A DNA stretch of 64,000 nt from Gemmatimonadales bacterium (GCA_965249575.1 OZ252244.1:992001-1056000), one strand, 5' to 3'; numbered from the stretch's first letter, positions 50,344 to 61,380 are shown. A program made the numbers and translations. Notes: a model not told the origin generated them from the sequence alone.

Positions 50344-51675
50344 ATGGAAGAACTCGGGCTCAGCTCGCTGCTGCTTCGCAGCGCCGTCGTGGTTGTCCTC
50401 ATCGTGGCCAACGCCTTCTTCGTCGCGGCTGAGTTTGCCCTGGTTTCGGCCCGCCGCACACGCATCGAGACGCTCGCGCAACAAGGGGATGCGAAGGCTA
50501 AGGCCGCCCTGGCGGCGCTGCAAGACCTCAATCGTCAGCTCTCCGCCGCCCAACTGGGCATCACCGTGGCTTCGATCCTTCTGGGCTATGTCGCCGAAGA
50601 CACCGTCGCAGTGCTCTGCAACCAGTGGATGAGTGGGCTCCCGCCCGCGCTTGCGTTTCTCGGACGGACGGCGGTTGCATCGGTGGTCGCGATCTTCCTG
50701 GTGTCGTTCCTCCACGTGGTGTTTGGGGAACAAGCCCCAAAAACCTGGGCAATCACGTTCCCCGAGGCTACAAGTCGCTGGCTTGCGGCTCCACTGATGT
50801 TCTTCGCCTGGATCACAAGGCCGGCCACCAACCTCTTAAACTGGAGCTCCAACCGCGTGCTGGCCCTCACCGGGCTCAAGGCCACCGCGAATGGGGAGCA
50901 CAGGATTCACTCACCGGAAGAGATTGTCATGCTCCTCAAGAAGAGCGAGAAACTGGGGCAGATCGACACCGGCGACCTTCGCATGATCGAGGGTGTGTTC
51001 GAGTTTACCGAGAAGACCGCATCGGACGTCATGACGCCACGGACCGAGATCGTTGGGCTTTCGGGAAGCCTGACCATCGAAGAGGCCGCGGATCGTGTCG
51101 CCGAAGCCGGCCGCTCGCGGTATCCCGTCTACCGAAGCTCTGTCGATGATGTCTTCGGCATCGTGCATGCGAAGCCGATCCTCGCGACCCTCCGAAGCGG
51201 TTCGGCTCCGTCGCTCGAGGCGATCGCGCGCGAGCCCCTCTTCGTACCCAGAACGCGCGAGGTCGAAGATGTGCTCGCCGAGATGAAACACCGCAAAGAG
51301 CACATGGCGATCGTGCTGGACGAGTTCGGCGGGACCGCAGGCATCGTGACGATGGAGGACTTGTTGGAGGAAATCGTTGGCCAGATCTACGACGAGCACG
51401 ATCCCGCCGAGGCTCCCGCCTCGTCTGACCGGAACGTCCTGACCGGCCGCATGTCTCTCGCCGAGGTGAACGAACACCTCAACCTCGCGCTACACGGGGG
51501 CAGCTTTCATACGGTGGGCGGGTACGTTTTCGGACGACTCGGCCGGCTCCCCATCCAGGGAGATCGCGTGCCGGTCGAGGGCGGCGCGTTCGAGGTGCTC
51601 GAAATGAAGGGTCGACGCATCGCAAAACTTCGTTGGGTGCCGAATGGGGACGAGATCACCCCTCCGAAGCCATAG
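50344..51675 (+). CDS. HlyC/CorC (CNNM/DUF21 + CBS) membrane protein
   Basis: NAFFVAAEFALV, QLGIT, GEQAPK, VMTPR, VLDEFGGTAGIVTMEDLLEEIVG. Confidence 0.93.
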   Translation: MEELGLSSLLLRSAVVVVLIVANAFFVAAEFALVSARRTRIETLAQQGDAKAKAALAALQDLNRQLSAAQLGITVASILLGYVAEDTVAVLCNQWMSGLPPALAFLGRTAVASVVAIFLVSFLHVVFGEQAPKTWAITFPEATSRWLAAPLMFFAWITRPATNLLNWSSNRVLALTGLKATANGEHRIHSPEEIVMLLKKSEKLGQIDTGDLRMIEGVFEFTEKTASDVMTPRTEIVGLSGSLTIEEAADRVAEAGRSRYPVYRSSVDDVFGIVHAKPILATLRSGSAPSLEAIAREPLFVPRTREVEDVLAEMKHRKEHMAIVLDEFGGTAGIVTMEDLLEEIVGQIYDEHDPAEAPASSDRNVLTGRMSLAEVNEHLNLALHGGSFHTVGGYVFGRLGRLPIQGDRVPVEGGAFEVLEMKGRRIAKLRWVPNGDEITPPKP

Positions 51676-52579
51676 CGAGGCGGGCGGCCAGCGCGATCGC
51701 CGCACGCATCGATCCGGGATCGGCCCGGTTCGTGCCAGCGATATCGAACGCCGTTCCATGATCGGGCGAGGTGCGGACGAACGGTAATCCCAGCGTCACG
51801 TTGACCGCAGCGCCGAACGACGCCACCTTGATCGCCGTCATCCCCACGTCGTGATACGGCGCGAGCACCGCATCGAACTCGCCTCTCAGCGCTCGCACGA
51901 ACACCGTATCGGCAGGTAGCACCACGCCGCCGAGCGCCTCGGCTGCGGGCGCGAGAATGTCCTGTTCCTCGCTGCCGAACAGGCCGGATTCGCCCGCGTG
52001 CGGGTTGATCGCGCAGAGGGCCAACCGGGGATGATCGATCTTCCACCAATCCCGGAGCGACCGGAGCGTGACCCGGCCGGCGGTCACTACCCGGTCAGTC
52101 GAGAGCGCCGCCACGACCTCGCGGAGGGGGATGTGCGTGGTGACGAGCGCAACGCGTAGCTGTTCCGCGGTCAACATCATGACGGCGTCGACCCCCCCGG
52201 CCAACGCTGCCAGCCACTCAGTGTGTCCCGGATAGCGGTAGCCGGCCAGGTGAAGCGCGCGTTTTTCTGCCGGCCCAGTCACGACGGCGTCGACCTTCCC
52301 GGCGAGGGCCAGCGCGACGGCCTTTTCCACAGCGCGACCGGTCAGCTTTCCGGCCTCCGCGGCGGACATCGAGCGCCCGCTTCCGGCACCGACAAGTCGG
52401 ACATTCGGCTCGGCGTCCGCGTCGATGGCGATCGGTGTCGCCGGTAGGGCTTCGATTAGCGCGGACGGCCCAATGACTGAGAACTCCGCTTCGGCGGGCG
52501 GGTCCTTGAGGGCTTTGGCAGCCACCTCGGGGCCGATTCCCCGGGGATCCCCCACCGTGACGGCAATGCGGGGCCGACG
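51656..52579 (-). CDS. pdxA: 4-hydroxythreonine-4-phosphate dehydrogenase (start codon unclear)
   Basis: RIAVTVGDPRGIGPE, GHTE, NPHAGE, YHD, RTSPDHGTAFDIAG. Confidence 0.95.
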   Translation of the reverse strand, partial: RRPRIAVTVGDPRGIGPEVAAKALKDPPAEAEFSVIGPSALIEALPATPIAIDADAEPNVRLVGAGSGRSMSAAEAGKLTGRAVEKAVALALAGKVDAVVTGPAEKRALHLAGYRYPGHTEWLAALAGGVDAVMMLTAEQLRVALVTTHIPLREVVAALSTDRVVTAGRVTLRSLRDWWKIDHPRLALCAINPHAGESGLFGSEEQDILAPAAEALGGVVLPADTVFVRALRGEFDAVLAPYHDVGMTAIKVASFGAAVNVTLGLPFVRTSPDHGTAFDIAGTNRADPGSMRAAIALAARLAMASEG

Positions 52580-52580
52580 A

Positions 52581-53894
52581 CTAGTACTTGACTTCGACGT
52601 AGGTCTTTTCGCGGAGGGTTTGGACGTATCGCTTGATAGCGTTTTCTTCGGCTAGACGCGACCGGATTTGGTCTCGCAGTTCCTCGAAGTTCATTTCCCC
52701 CTCGGGTCGCTCCTCCAGAAACACGATCACCGCATACTTCGTGCGGCCGGCGCCGAGCGCGACGGGGATGGGTCCGAACACGTCACTGGGGTTCGCCTCG
52801 GAGAAGGCCTCAGCGTACGCCGGTGGCAAGCGCGTGCGCGGCACTTCCTCGGCCAGTGTCTCCTCACCCGGATCGTTGTATAGGCGTGCAAGCGAATCGA
52901 ACGGCGCGCCGGCCTCGAGCTGGGCTCGGATCGAATCGGCGAGCACCCGGGCCTGCTCCTGGTTCGCCTCGCTGAGAGCTGGTGACACGAGGATGTGGCG
53001 GGCGTTGACCTCGGCGGGCTCCGATCGCTGTACCTGAATGATGTGAAACCCAAAGGGCGTTCGCACGACGGGCGAGATTTGCCCCGGACGCATCCGGAAC
53101 GCGACGGCTTCGAACTCCCTGACCATCATGCCACGCCGGAACCATCCCAGGTCGCCCCCCCGCTCGCGCGTGCCGATATCGTCGGAGGCCTGCTTCGCCA
53201 CCGTTTCAAAGTCCGCTCCCCGCCGGAGGACGCCGAGTATCGAGTCGGCGCGCGCCCGGGCCGCCACGAGCGCGATGCTATCCGGTTTCGGCCGAACGAC
53301 GATCTGTCGGAAGGTTACGGTCGCCGGCCGGCGCTGACGCGTGCGGTTCTCATCCCAGAACTCCCGCAACTCCGCCTCCGTCGGAATGACCGGACGAAGC
53401 TGACCCCTTTGTCTGAGCTTCTCGAAGAGCGTTGCGGTTGCCAGCTCCTTGAGCTTCTGCTCGGCGAACCACCGCCGATACTCATCCAGCGTGCCGAAGC
53501 CGGAGGAACGGAGTTGCCGCTGGAAATCGAGCTCCGACGCAAACCCCTGCCGCACGTTCCGCACCGATTGCTCTACGGCGTCGAGTACATCTCGATCCGC
53601 TACCTTGATCGAGGTATCGGCGAATGCCTCCTGCACCACCAGTTGGTCGTTGATCAGCCGCTCAAGCAAGCTTTGGTGAAGCGCGTCAAGCTCCGCCGAG
53701 TCCGTGGGCACAGAGCTGCCGCGCTGTCGCAACAGGTTGATCTCCTCGCGAATGCGGGACAGCGGGATTGGTGTCTTCCCCACGATGGCCACGATGCGGT
53801 CGACCGGCACGAAGTCCGTGGTTTGGCCGCGGGCCGGTGGTGTCCCGGCGAGCAGGATCGCTGCACACACCGCGAGTGGGTTACGGTATCGCAT
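52581..53894 (-). CDS. surA: SurA-like parvulin peptidyl-prolyl isomerase
   Basis: VDRIVAIVG, GGDLGWF..G.MV.EFE..AF, TPFGFHII; upstream of pdxA. Confidence 0.85.
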   Translation of the reverse strand: MRYRNPLAVCAAILLAGTPPARGQTTDFVPVDRIVAIVGKTPIPLSRIREEINLLRQRGSSVPTDSAELDALHQSLLERLINDQLVVQEAFADTSIKVADRDVLDAVEQSVRNVRQGFASELDFQRQLRSSGFGTLDEYRRWFAEQKLKELATATLFEKLRQRGQLRPVIPTEAELREFWDENRTRQRRPATVTFRQIVVRPKPDSIALVAARARADSILGVLRRGADFETVAKQASDDIGTRERGGDLGWFRRGMMVREFEAVAFRMRPGQISPVVRTPFGFHIIQVQRSEPAEVNARHILVSPALSEANQEQARVLADSIRAQLEAGAPFDSLARLYNDPGEETLAEEVPRTRLPPAYAEAFSEANPSDVFGPIPVALGAGRTKYAVIVFLEERPEGEMNFEELRDQIRSRLAEENAIKRYVQTLREKTYVEVKY

Positions 53895-55317
53895 CTTGGA
53901 GCGTGGTATCAGGTGTACCGAGCGGGAATTCCTGGCCGCCGCCCGGGATAGCCACTTCGGTATTCGCGGCCGCGAGACGAAGCTGGCGCGCGCGCTCGAG
54001 CACCCGGGCTATGCCGGCCGGTACGATGCGCCATTCCCCTTCATCGCGGAGCTTGGCCGCCAGGAGCGCTGGTATGGGAACAAGGGGCACACGACTGTTT
54101 ACCACCGCGGCGAGGTATTGATCCACGCGGAGGGCGGCGAGGCGCTGACGCTCTTCGAGGTTCGCAGCCGAATCGGCCAGCGAAACGGAATCGACCCGAA
54201 TCGCTTCCTGGAGACTCGACAATTCACGCTTGAGGACTGTCCGGAATTCATCGAGATCCAGTGCGCTCAGGGACACGCCCGCGCTCTCTGCCTCGACCTG
54301 CATGACGGCGTTCCGCATCAGCGACCGCAGGAATTGCTGAAGGAGCTCGTCGTCTGCGGCGTCGGCCTGCTGCTGAAACTGAGGTGGCAGGAGCTGAAGC
54401 CACCGCACGAAATCCGAAACCGTGAACTTCCCACCGTCATAGGTTCCGACGATCTTCGTGGACTTGGCGGCGCGTTTCGGATCGGCCAGGGCGGAACGCA
54501 CTCTCGCTGGCGCTCTGGGGTGCACTTCGATCGCGCGCCGCTCGCTCAGATCGGCGAGGTACACCGAGTCCAAACGCTGCTGAAGGCGCACGCGAAGACC
54601 CTCGGTATAGGGCTGCCGCGCGTCCCCCAGCGCCGGGCGGGCCAAAATGTGATACCCGTACTGAGTCTCCACGATCGACGAGAGCTCCCCAGGTCCGAGC
54701 GAAAACGCCGCGTCCTCGAAGGCCGGCAAGCCGGCGTCGCCTCGCTTGATGACACCGACCGTCCCCCCCAATCTCTTGGCGACGGTGTCCTCGTTGAAAC
54801 GGTTCGCCGCTGACCAGGGCGCGCCCCCGGCCAGATTGGCGTGCATGTTCTCCACGCGGCGGCGCTTTTCATCGCGCTGCTCGCGCGGCGTCGTGGGATC
54901 CGTCCTTACCAGCACGTGCTGGATCAGACGGTACTCGCCTTCGTTGTAGATGCTGTCGACGCGGTCGACGCTCAATGGCGGGGCGGCCTCGATCAGCCGT
55001 TCGTGAAACAGCGCCGCGATGCGCTGCCGCGACTCGGGCCACAGGGTTGTGAAAACCGTCGCCGAGTCGAGAAGCGAGTCGCCCGCGAGCACGCGCTGTG
55101 CGAACAGCGAATAGTCCACCCACAGGGCCGCCAACCGCTCGACCACGTCCCGCCGGAGCGCCAGCCCGCGACCCTGCGCGACGATTTCGCTCAGCCGCCG
55201 GACCGTCAACTCGTAATCGCCTGCCCGCGCGGCCACCGGGACGTTCGCCGTGATGGCCTCGCGGCACCCTACGGCCATCGTTACGGCGAACACAAATCCA
55301 CACAGCCAACGTCTCAT
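53881..55317 (-). CDS. Lipoprotein parvulin-type peptidyl-prolyl isomerase
   Basis: AVGC lipobox; QHVLV, FEDAAFSL..GE.S..VETQYGYHI. Confidence 0.85.
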   Translation of the reverse strand: MRRWLCGFVFAVTMAVGCREAITANVPVAARAGDYELTVRRLSEIVAQGRGLALRRDVVERLAALWVDYSLFAQRVLAGDSLLDSATVFTTLWPESRQRIAALFHERLIEAAPPLSVDRVDSIYNEGEYRLIQHVLVRTDPTTPREQRDEKRRRVENMHANLAGGAPWSAANRFNEDTVAKRLGGTVGVIKRGDAGLPAFEDAAFSLGPGELSSIVETQYGYHILARPALGDARQPYTEGLRVRLQQRLDSVYLADLSERRAIEVHPRAPARVRSALADPKRAAKSTKIVGTYDGGKFTVSDFVRWLQLLPPQFQQQADAADDELLQQFLRSLMRNAVMQVEAESAGVSLSALDLDEFRTVLKRELSSLQEAIRVDSVSLADSAANLEERQRLAALRVDQYLAAVVNSRVPLVPIPALLAAKLRDEGEWRIVPAGIARVLERARQLRLAAANTEVAIPGGGQEFPLGTPDTTLQDAIP

Positions 55318-55360
55318 CGGGTACCCACCTTCTTATCGATCTCGACCCCCACCGCATGAA

Positions 55361-58300
55361 TCAACTAAGCTGCTCCCCCGCCGGTTCTGCTACTTCTCCC
55401 GCGGCGACGGCCATCGCTTGCACTAGGCCGCGACCCATGGGGATCCCGCCCAGGCGGGTCAAACGAAGCGACAACGGGACGGTGCGCCGTACGTCGGCGG
55501 CGAACTGAACCTGGTCAAGGGCCGCGGTAAGCCCCGCCAATCTGACCGGCGCGGTCGCCCGAAAACTTAGCCGCGCCTCGTCACCCCGAACCAGGACCGT
55601 TTCCAATCCCAGTCGGGCTCCAACGGCGCGAAGCTCTGAGATCGTCAGTAGACACTCCGCCTCGTCGGGGAGCGGACCGAACCGATCCCGCAATTCCTCC
55701 CGTAGGCTCGCAATTTCGCCAAGTCGTCCGGCCCGCGCCAGGCGCCGGTAGAAGTCGAGCTTTGCGTCATCATCGGGAACGTAGACATCCGCGAGGTGGG
55801 CCGCACCGTCGAACGTGACCTCCGGCGGGGGCATCGTGTCGTCGGCCGCCTCGCCCTTGAGAGCGCGCACCGCGTCACCCAGCCAACGCATGTACAGGTC
55901 GAACCCAACTGCGTGCGCGTGGCCGGACTGCGCAGCTCCAAGTAGGTTCCCCGCTCCCCGAAGCTCGAGATCCCGGAGCGCGATGCGATAGCCGGATCCC
56001 AACTCGGTGTGATGCTCGAGGACCTGCAATCGTTTCTCCGCCTCAGGATCGACCTCGTCGGGAACGAGGAGATAACAATACGCGCGGCGGTGGCCCCGTC
56101 CGACCCGGCCCCTGAGCTGATAGAGCTGGGCGAGGCCGAGCTGGTCGGCCCGATGCACGATCATGGTGTTCGCGTTACCGACATCCAGCCCTGACTCCAC
56201 GATCATGGTCGACACGAGCACATCGACGTCGCCAGCCACGAATGCCCGCATCACCCCATCCAGGTCTCGCTCGGCCACTTGGCCGTGTCCCACAGCCACC
56301 CGTGCTCGCGGCGCGAGGCGACGAACGCGTTCGGCAATCGACTCGATCGTCTCGATCCTGTTGTGTACGAAGAACACCTGTCCGCCACGATCCAATTCCC
56401 GAGCCATCGCCTCTTCAAGGAGGGCGTCGTCCCACGGCTCGATGAACGTCAACACCGGCGATCGGTCCCGCGGGGGCGTGTCGATCAGCGTGAGGTCACG
56501 TATCCCCGACAGCGCCAGGTGAAGAGTGCGCGGGATGGGGGTGGCGGTCAACGTGAGCACATGCACTTCGAGCTTGAGCTCCTTGAGGCGTTCTTTGTGG
56601 CGAACGCCAAAGCGATGCTCCTCGTCCACGATGAGGAGCCCGAGGTTGCGAAACACGACGTCCTTCGACAGGAGGCGATGCGTGCCGATCACGACATCCA
56701 CCACGCCGGCCTCGAGCTCCCGCCGGACGCCCCGCTGCTCCGCCGGGGAACGGAACCGCGACAGGACCTCCACTCGGACCGGGAAGTCGGCGAACCGATC
56801 GCGATAGGTTCGGGCGTGCTGCTCGGCGAGGATGGTGGTGGGTACGAGCATCGCGGCTTGTCTTCCCGCCTGGACCATCTTGAACGCCGCGCGGACCGCA
56901 ATCTCGGTCTTCCCGTAGCCCACGTCGCCGACCACCAGGCGGTCCATCGGCTGCGGCCGTTCCATATCGCGCTTGACCTCATCGGCGGCCGTTCGTTGAT
57001 CCGGCGTATCCTCATAGAGAAAGGCCGACTCGAGCTCCCGCTGCCATCGGGTATCCGGCGGACAGGCGATGCCCGTGGCCAGCGACCGCTGAGCGTAAAG
57101 CTCCAAGAGTTCAGCGGCGAGTTGCCGTACCGCTCGCTCGGTACGCTCACGCCGCTTGCGCCACCGAGTCGAGCCTAGGCGATCCAGCCGGGGAACCGGG
57201 GCCGACCCATCGGCGCTCCGATACGGCTCGAGCTGATCCAGGCGGTAAAGGGGGACACTCAGGCGGTCTCCGCCCTCATACTCCAAGACGGCCACCTCGA
57301 TCGAACCGGCGCCGGCGTCGATGTTGTCGATTCCCCGGTAGATCCCGATGCCGTGCTCGAGGTGCACCACGACATCACCGGGTGTCGGCGAGCCGGCCGA
57401 GACGGACGCCAGCGCCTGCTTGAATCGGCGAGGTCGCCGGATCCTCCGGGCACGCCGGAAGATCTCGTGGTCCGTGAGCACGATCAGCTCGGGTAGGGCA
57501 AACCCACCATGCAGCGCGCCCAGCGCGAGTGTGGCGTACTTGGGCAACCTGCCCTCCGGACCGTCCTCGCCGAGCAGTTCCTCGAGTCGCTCGAGTTGTC
57601 CCTCGTTGTCACAGAGGATGAGCGTCGGAGTGCCCGCAGCCAGGCGCGCGAGCTTTCGGATGTTCCCCTCGATGGGCTCCGGGGCGAAGAGCCCAAAGTC
57701 GTGGCTCGCCTCCTCCCGCCCGCCGGTATCGACGATGCGCAGCTGGGCGAGGCTCGCCCATTTCTCGGTCCACGCCTCGGGAGATAGGAACACGAAGTCC
57801 CGGCCGGGCACGTCCTCCCCGCGGCGGCGCGCGACTTCGAGGTGGTGAGCAGATTCATCCCACAGACGTCGGACATCGCCCACGTCAACGTCAGAATCGA
57901 CGAACACCAAAACGTCCGGTGGAACGAGGTCCAGGAGCGTCGTCCGATCCTCCCCCGGCCTTCCCGCCCCCCCACCCAGCTCCCCGATCGCGCTCTTGAA
58001 CGCGACGGGAAGAATCGACACCGCGTCCACCTCATGCGCGGAGCGTTGAGAGTCCAGATCGAAGGCTCGAATCGAGAGCACCTCGTCACCCCACCACTCG
58101 ATGCGAGCCGGCGCGGCCATTCCAAACCCGTACACGTCAACGATCCCGCCTCGGACCGCGAACTGCGCGACATCGAGTACGGTCGGGGTCCGCGCATAGC
58201 CCATCCGTTCGAGCTGCCTAACGACTGACGAGGGCTTTCGATCGGTGCCGGACCCGATATCGAGTCGGTTTTCGGCCAGCGCTGCGGGTGCCCGCGTGCG

Positions 58301-58678
58301 TTCGGCGGTGGCGCGGAGCGTGGTAACGACGATCCGCGCGCTCCCCCCGAGTACGGCCTCGATGGTCTCGACGCGCTCGCCCGCGATCTCTAGGTGCGGC
58401 TCCTCCTCGCCCAGCGCCTCCCGCTGCGGATACAGGCGCACCTGATCGCCGGTCAATACCCCAAGATCGGCGAGCCAGCGTTCGGCGGATGCCGGCGTTG
58501 CGCAGGCGACGAGAAAGACACGCTGCTGGAAATCTTCGGAGAGCGCGGCGAGCACGACGGCAGCGCTGGACCCGGGGAGGCCCGCGGTGGAGATGGCCTG
58601 GCCGCGGGAGGGGAGGGAGTTCGCGAATGCACGGTAAGCCGGAACCGACTTGAGCGCGGCCACGAGCCGCGGCAGCAT
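55361..58678 (-). CDS. mfd: Transcription-repair coupling factor
   Basis: FAVRGGIVD, VVHLEHGIG, GDVGYGKTE, DEEHRFG, QLYQLRGRVGR, DLELRGAGNLLG. Confidence 0.97.
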   Translation of the reverse strand: MLPRLVAALKSVPAYRAFANSLPSRGQAISTAGLPGSSAAVVLAALSEDFQQRVFLVACATPASAERWLADLGVLTGDQVRLYPQREALGEEEPHLEIAGERVETIEAVLGGSARIVVTTLRATAERTRAPAALAENRLDIGSGTDRKPSSVVRQLERMGYARTPTVLDVAQFAVRGGIVDVYGFGMAAPARIEWWGDEVLSIRAFDLDSQRSAHEVDAVSILPVAFKSAIGELGGGAGRPGEDRTTLLDLVPPDVLVFVDSDVDVGDVRRLWDESAHHLEVARRRGEDVPGRDFVFLSPEAWTEKWASLAQLRIVDTGGREEASHDFGLFAPEPIEGNIRKLARLAAGTPTLILCDNEGQLERLEELLGEDGPEGRLPKYATLALGALHGGFALPELIVLTDHEIFRRARRIRRPRRFKQALASVSAGSPTPGDVVVHLEHGIGIYRGIDNIDAGAGSIEVAVLEYEGGDRLSVPLYRLDQLEPYRSADGSAPVPRLDRLGSTRWRKRRERTERAVRQLAAELLELYAQRSLATGIACPPDTRWQRELESAFLYEDTPDQRTAADEVKRDMERPQPMDRLVVGDVGYGKTEIAVRAAFKMVQAGRQAAMLVPTTILAEQHARTYRDRFADFPVRVEVLSRFRSPAEQRGVRRELEAGVVDVVIGTHRLLSKDVVFRNLGLLIVDEEHRFGVRHKERLKELKLEVHVLTLTATPIPRTLHLALSGIRDLTLIDTPPRDRSPVLTFIEPWDDALLEEAMARELDRGGQVFFVHNRIETIESIAERVRRLAPRARVAVGHGQVAERDLDGVMRAFVAGDVDVLVSTMIVESGLDVGNANTMIVHRADQLGLAQLYQLRGRVGRGHRRAYCYLLVPDEVDPEAEKRLQVLEHHTELGSGYRIALRDLELRGAGNLLGAAQSGHAHAVGFDLYMRWLGDAVRALKGEAADDTMPPPEVTFDGAAHLADVYVPDDDAKLDFYRRLARAGRLGEIASLREELRDRFGPLPDEAECLLTISELRAVGARLGLETVLVRGDEARLSFRATAPVRLAGLTAALDQVQFAADVRRTVPLSLRLTRLGGIPMGRGLVQAMAVAAGEVAEPAGEQLS

Positions 58679-60478
58679 CTACGCCCTCCGCTCCAGGTGT
58701 CCCCCGGCGCTGGCGACCGCCAATTCAGCCAGCGCCGTGAGGACAGCGGCGGCGACGAGGAGCGTCGAGAGGTCTGCGCGCTTCGCACCGCGAAACAGTT
58801 CCTCCTCGAGCTCGTCCTCAGCAACCAGATCGGCGCCGGGTCCGAACGTCGCCCGCAACGATCGTCGATCGGTAGGTTCGAGCATGGACTCCCGCGGATC
58901 GTGGTTGACCTCGAGCGCACCGATGGTATCGCCGGTTGCCGCACTCATAAAATACACGCCCGGTTGGAGTGGTGCGGTCATGCGGCGGTCGGGTGGGACG
59001 GGAGACGAGCCGGTGAGCCCATGGAGGGTCCTGGCCGATGGCGGCACCTCGACGACTGCGCCCGGCGTCGAACGCACGATCGACGAGCCGCTGGTGGCCA
59101 GCCCGTTGGTCAGCAGGTCGAGGAACGGAATGAACCCGGCGGTTACCGGAAGCTCGGTCCACGTCAGGTCCATCCGGCTGGCGACGATCACGATCTCCCC
59201 GTCCCGCACGATCCACGGATCGGCGCCGGCACGCGCGAGCACCACCCCCGATCCGGTCAGCCGGTAGCGGCGGTAGATGGCCGCACCCACAGCGGGCCCA
59301 ACCTCCCCCGCCGCTTGCCACTCCCCGGAGAGAAGCTCCCCGAATCGCCAGCTGACACCGCGGGCAGCCAGCGCGCGGTTGATCCCACCGAGCAGCGCCG
59401 GGTCTGCGGGCGGAAGAAGGGCCGTCCGCGCCGGCGCCAGGTCGTCCGCAATCCGAACGAGATCTCCTGTTCCGATGCGCCCAGATTCTTGCAGGACCTT
59501 GAGGCCCTCCCGCACAAAGCGACCGGCGCCGGGGCCGGCTCTCACCGCCGCCGGTTCGGCAACTCGAACCGCCAGCCGCCACTGGTCATCGCTGCGCATT
59601 TCATCTGGATCGAGGCTCACGCTCGCCGCGTACCAACCCCGCGTCGCCGGGCTGGCACGCAGCGCAACGCGCTCGCCGGGCGCTACGACGGACTGACTCA
59701 TGTCCTGACCGTCCAGGGAGAGCCGCACAGCGGTCGGTAGGTCCCCTACCCCATCGACGGATGCGATAACCGACCCGTCCGGACGCCAGACGGTCGGTTC
59801 CACGCGTGCCGAGGTCACCCCGCGATTGGCCGGGCGAGCGGACGGTAGAACGGCCACCACGCGCGCCGAAGGCGCAGGCCCGGACGAGAACGCGGATGCC
59901 TGCAGATCACTCAATACGACGACCTCGTGGCCCGGCAACGGATCTTCTTCGATCGCGCTCGACGCGGTGCGCACGGCGTCCCCGAGATCGAGCCGCGTGG
60001 GCCACGGCGCAATGCTATCGAGCGTGGCGGCCGCCTCGATCTTCGAGACTCGCCGCGGGATGCCGTCCGCTAGCATCAGCCACAAGCGGTCCGATTCACC
60101 GACTCGCTCGATTACACGCCTCGCCCGCTCGACCAACTCCTCCAGGGCTCGAGTTCCGGAGACCACCGCGCCGGACGAGAGCGAGTTGTCAACGATCACC
60201 GCCACGGCGGTGGGGGCGTGCACGCTCCCCATGGCGACGTCGGCCACCGGACGCGCCGCGGCGAGGACGATGAGGATGATGATAAGCGTCCGCAGAAGGA
60301 GTAAGAGAAGGTTACGCAGCTTGAGCCGGCGACTGTGTTCCCGTTCAGTTTGCGAAAGGTACCGGACCGCCGGAAAGATCACGGTCGGGGGCTCGCGCCG
60401 CTGCAGGAGATGCAGCAAGGCCGGAATCGCGGCGCCGGCGAGCGCGAAAAGCGCCAGCGGCTGAAGAAAGGAAATCAC
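58679..60478 (-). CDS. BatA N-terminal / vWA domain protein
   Basis: SFLQP..L...AIPALLHLL, FPAVRYL, LLLLRTL..LAAARP, VDNSLS, VLSDLQ. Confidence 0.88.
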   Translation of the reverse strand: MISFLQPLALFALAGAAIPALLHLLQRREPPTVIFPAVRYLSQTEREHSRRLKLRNLLLLLLRTLIIILIVLAAARPVADVAMGSVHAPTAVAVIVDNSLSSGAVVSGTRALEELVERARRVIERVGESDRLWLMLADGIPRRVSKIEAAATLDSIAPWPTRLDLGDAVRTASSAIEEDPLPGHEVVVLSDLQASAFSSGPAPSARVVAVLPSARPANRGVTSARVEPTVWRPDGSVIASVDGVGDLPTAVRLSLDGQDMSQSVVAPGERVALRASPATRGWYAASVSLDPDEMRSDDQWRLAVRVAEPAAVRAGPGAGRFVREGLKVLQESGRIGTGDLVRIADDLAPARTALLPPADPALLGGINRALAARGVSWRFGELLSGEWQAAGEVGPAVGAAIYRRYRLTGSGVVLARAGADPWIVRDGEIVIVASRMDLTWTELPVTAGFIPFLDLLTNGLATSGSSIVRSTPGAVVEVPPSARTLHGLTGSSPVPPDRRMTAPLQPGVYFMSAATGDTIGALEVNHDPRESMLEPTDRRSLRATFGPGADLVAEDELEEELFRGAKRADLSTLLVAAAVLTALAELAVASAGGHLERRA

Positions 60479-61380
60479 CCGAGGCGGGACCGCCGAGTCG
60501 TGGCGCGACGCAGCACGTGGCCGAACGGCGTGTCCGTCATGACATGGTGATACGCGATGGACCCGCGGCGGCATGCCGCCCGCCACTCCGCCACGGTACG
60601 CTGCACCGTCTCCATGTAAGCGGCTCGCAGCTCCCGAGGGCGAACCACGACTCCGCTGCCGGTCTCCGGGTCTTCGAACCGCGCTTCAGGGGGTCCCTGG
60701 AGCATGAGTTCCGCGGGGTCCATGATATGAAAGACCGAAACCTGATGGCCCCGGTGCCTCAGGTACTGGAGCGCAAGCATCGCGAGGTCGCGGTCCAGCA
60801 AGAGGTCGGAAACGAAAACCACCAAGCCCCGGCGCCGAAGAAGATCGGTCACCCGGCGCAGCGCAGGCTCCGCCGCGGTGCCGTGTCCGGCTTCGAGTTT
60901 TTCGATGGCTGTCAGGAGAGTCCACCACTGTTGCGTCCGTACCCGCGCTGGTACGACGTCGCGCACCTCGTCGTCAAAACCGATGAAACCGGTGGCGTCG
61001 CGCTGTCGAAGCAACACCAGGGCGAGCGCCGCGGCCAGACGCTTGGCATACTCGAGCTTGGTAAGCCGACGCGGGTCGCCGGTCCAGTCCATCGATCGGC
61101 TGGCGTCGAACACCACCATCGATCGCAGGTTGGTCTCTTCCTCGAATTGCTTGACCACGAGGCGGTCTGACCGGGCGAGCATCTTCCAGTCAACGTACCG
61201 CAGCTCGTCACCAGGCTGATACGGTCGATGCTCTACGAACTCGACCGAAAACCCCCGAAACGGAGAGCGATGCATACCGGCCAAGAAACCCTCAACGACC
61301 CCGTCCGCCACCAGCTCGATCCCCCCGAGTTGGGCGACCTCGAAGGGATCGAGCAGGTCAACGCGCTTTGAAGGAGCCAT
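60475..61380 (-). CDS. DUF58 (MoxR-associated vWA) protein
   Basis: GMHRSPFRGFSVEF.EHR.YQPGD..RYVDWK, KQFEEETN, DASRSM. Confidence 0.93.
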   Translation of the reverse strand: MAPSKRVDLLDPFEVAQLGGIELVADGVVEGFLAGMHRSPFRGFSVEFVEHRPYQPGDELRYVDWKMLARSDRLVVKQFEEETNLRSMVVFDASRSMDWTGDPRRLTKLEYAKRLAAALALVLLRQRDATGFIGFDDEVRDVVPARVRTQQWWTLLTAIEKLEAGHGTAAEPALRRVTDLLRRRGLVVFVSDLLLDRDLAMLALQYLRHRGHQVSVFHIMDPAELMLQGPPEARFEDPETGSGVVVRPRELRAAYMETVQRTVAEWRAACRRGSIAYHHVMTDTPFGHVLRRATTRRSRLG

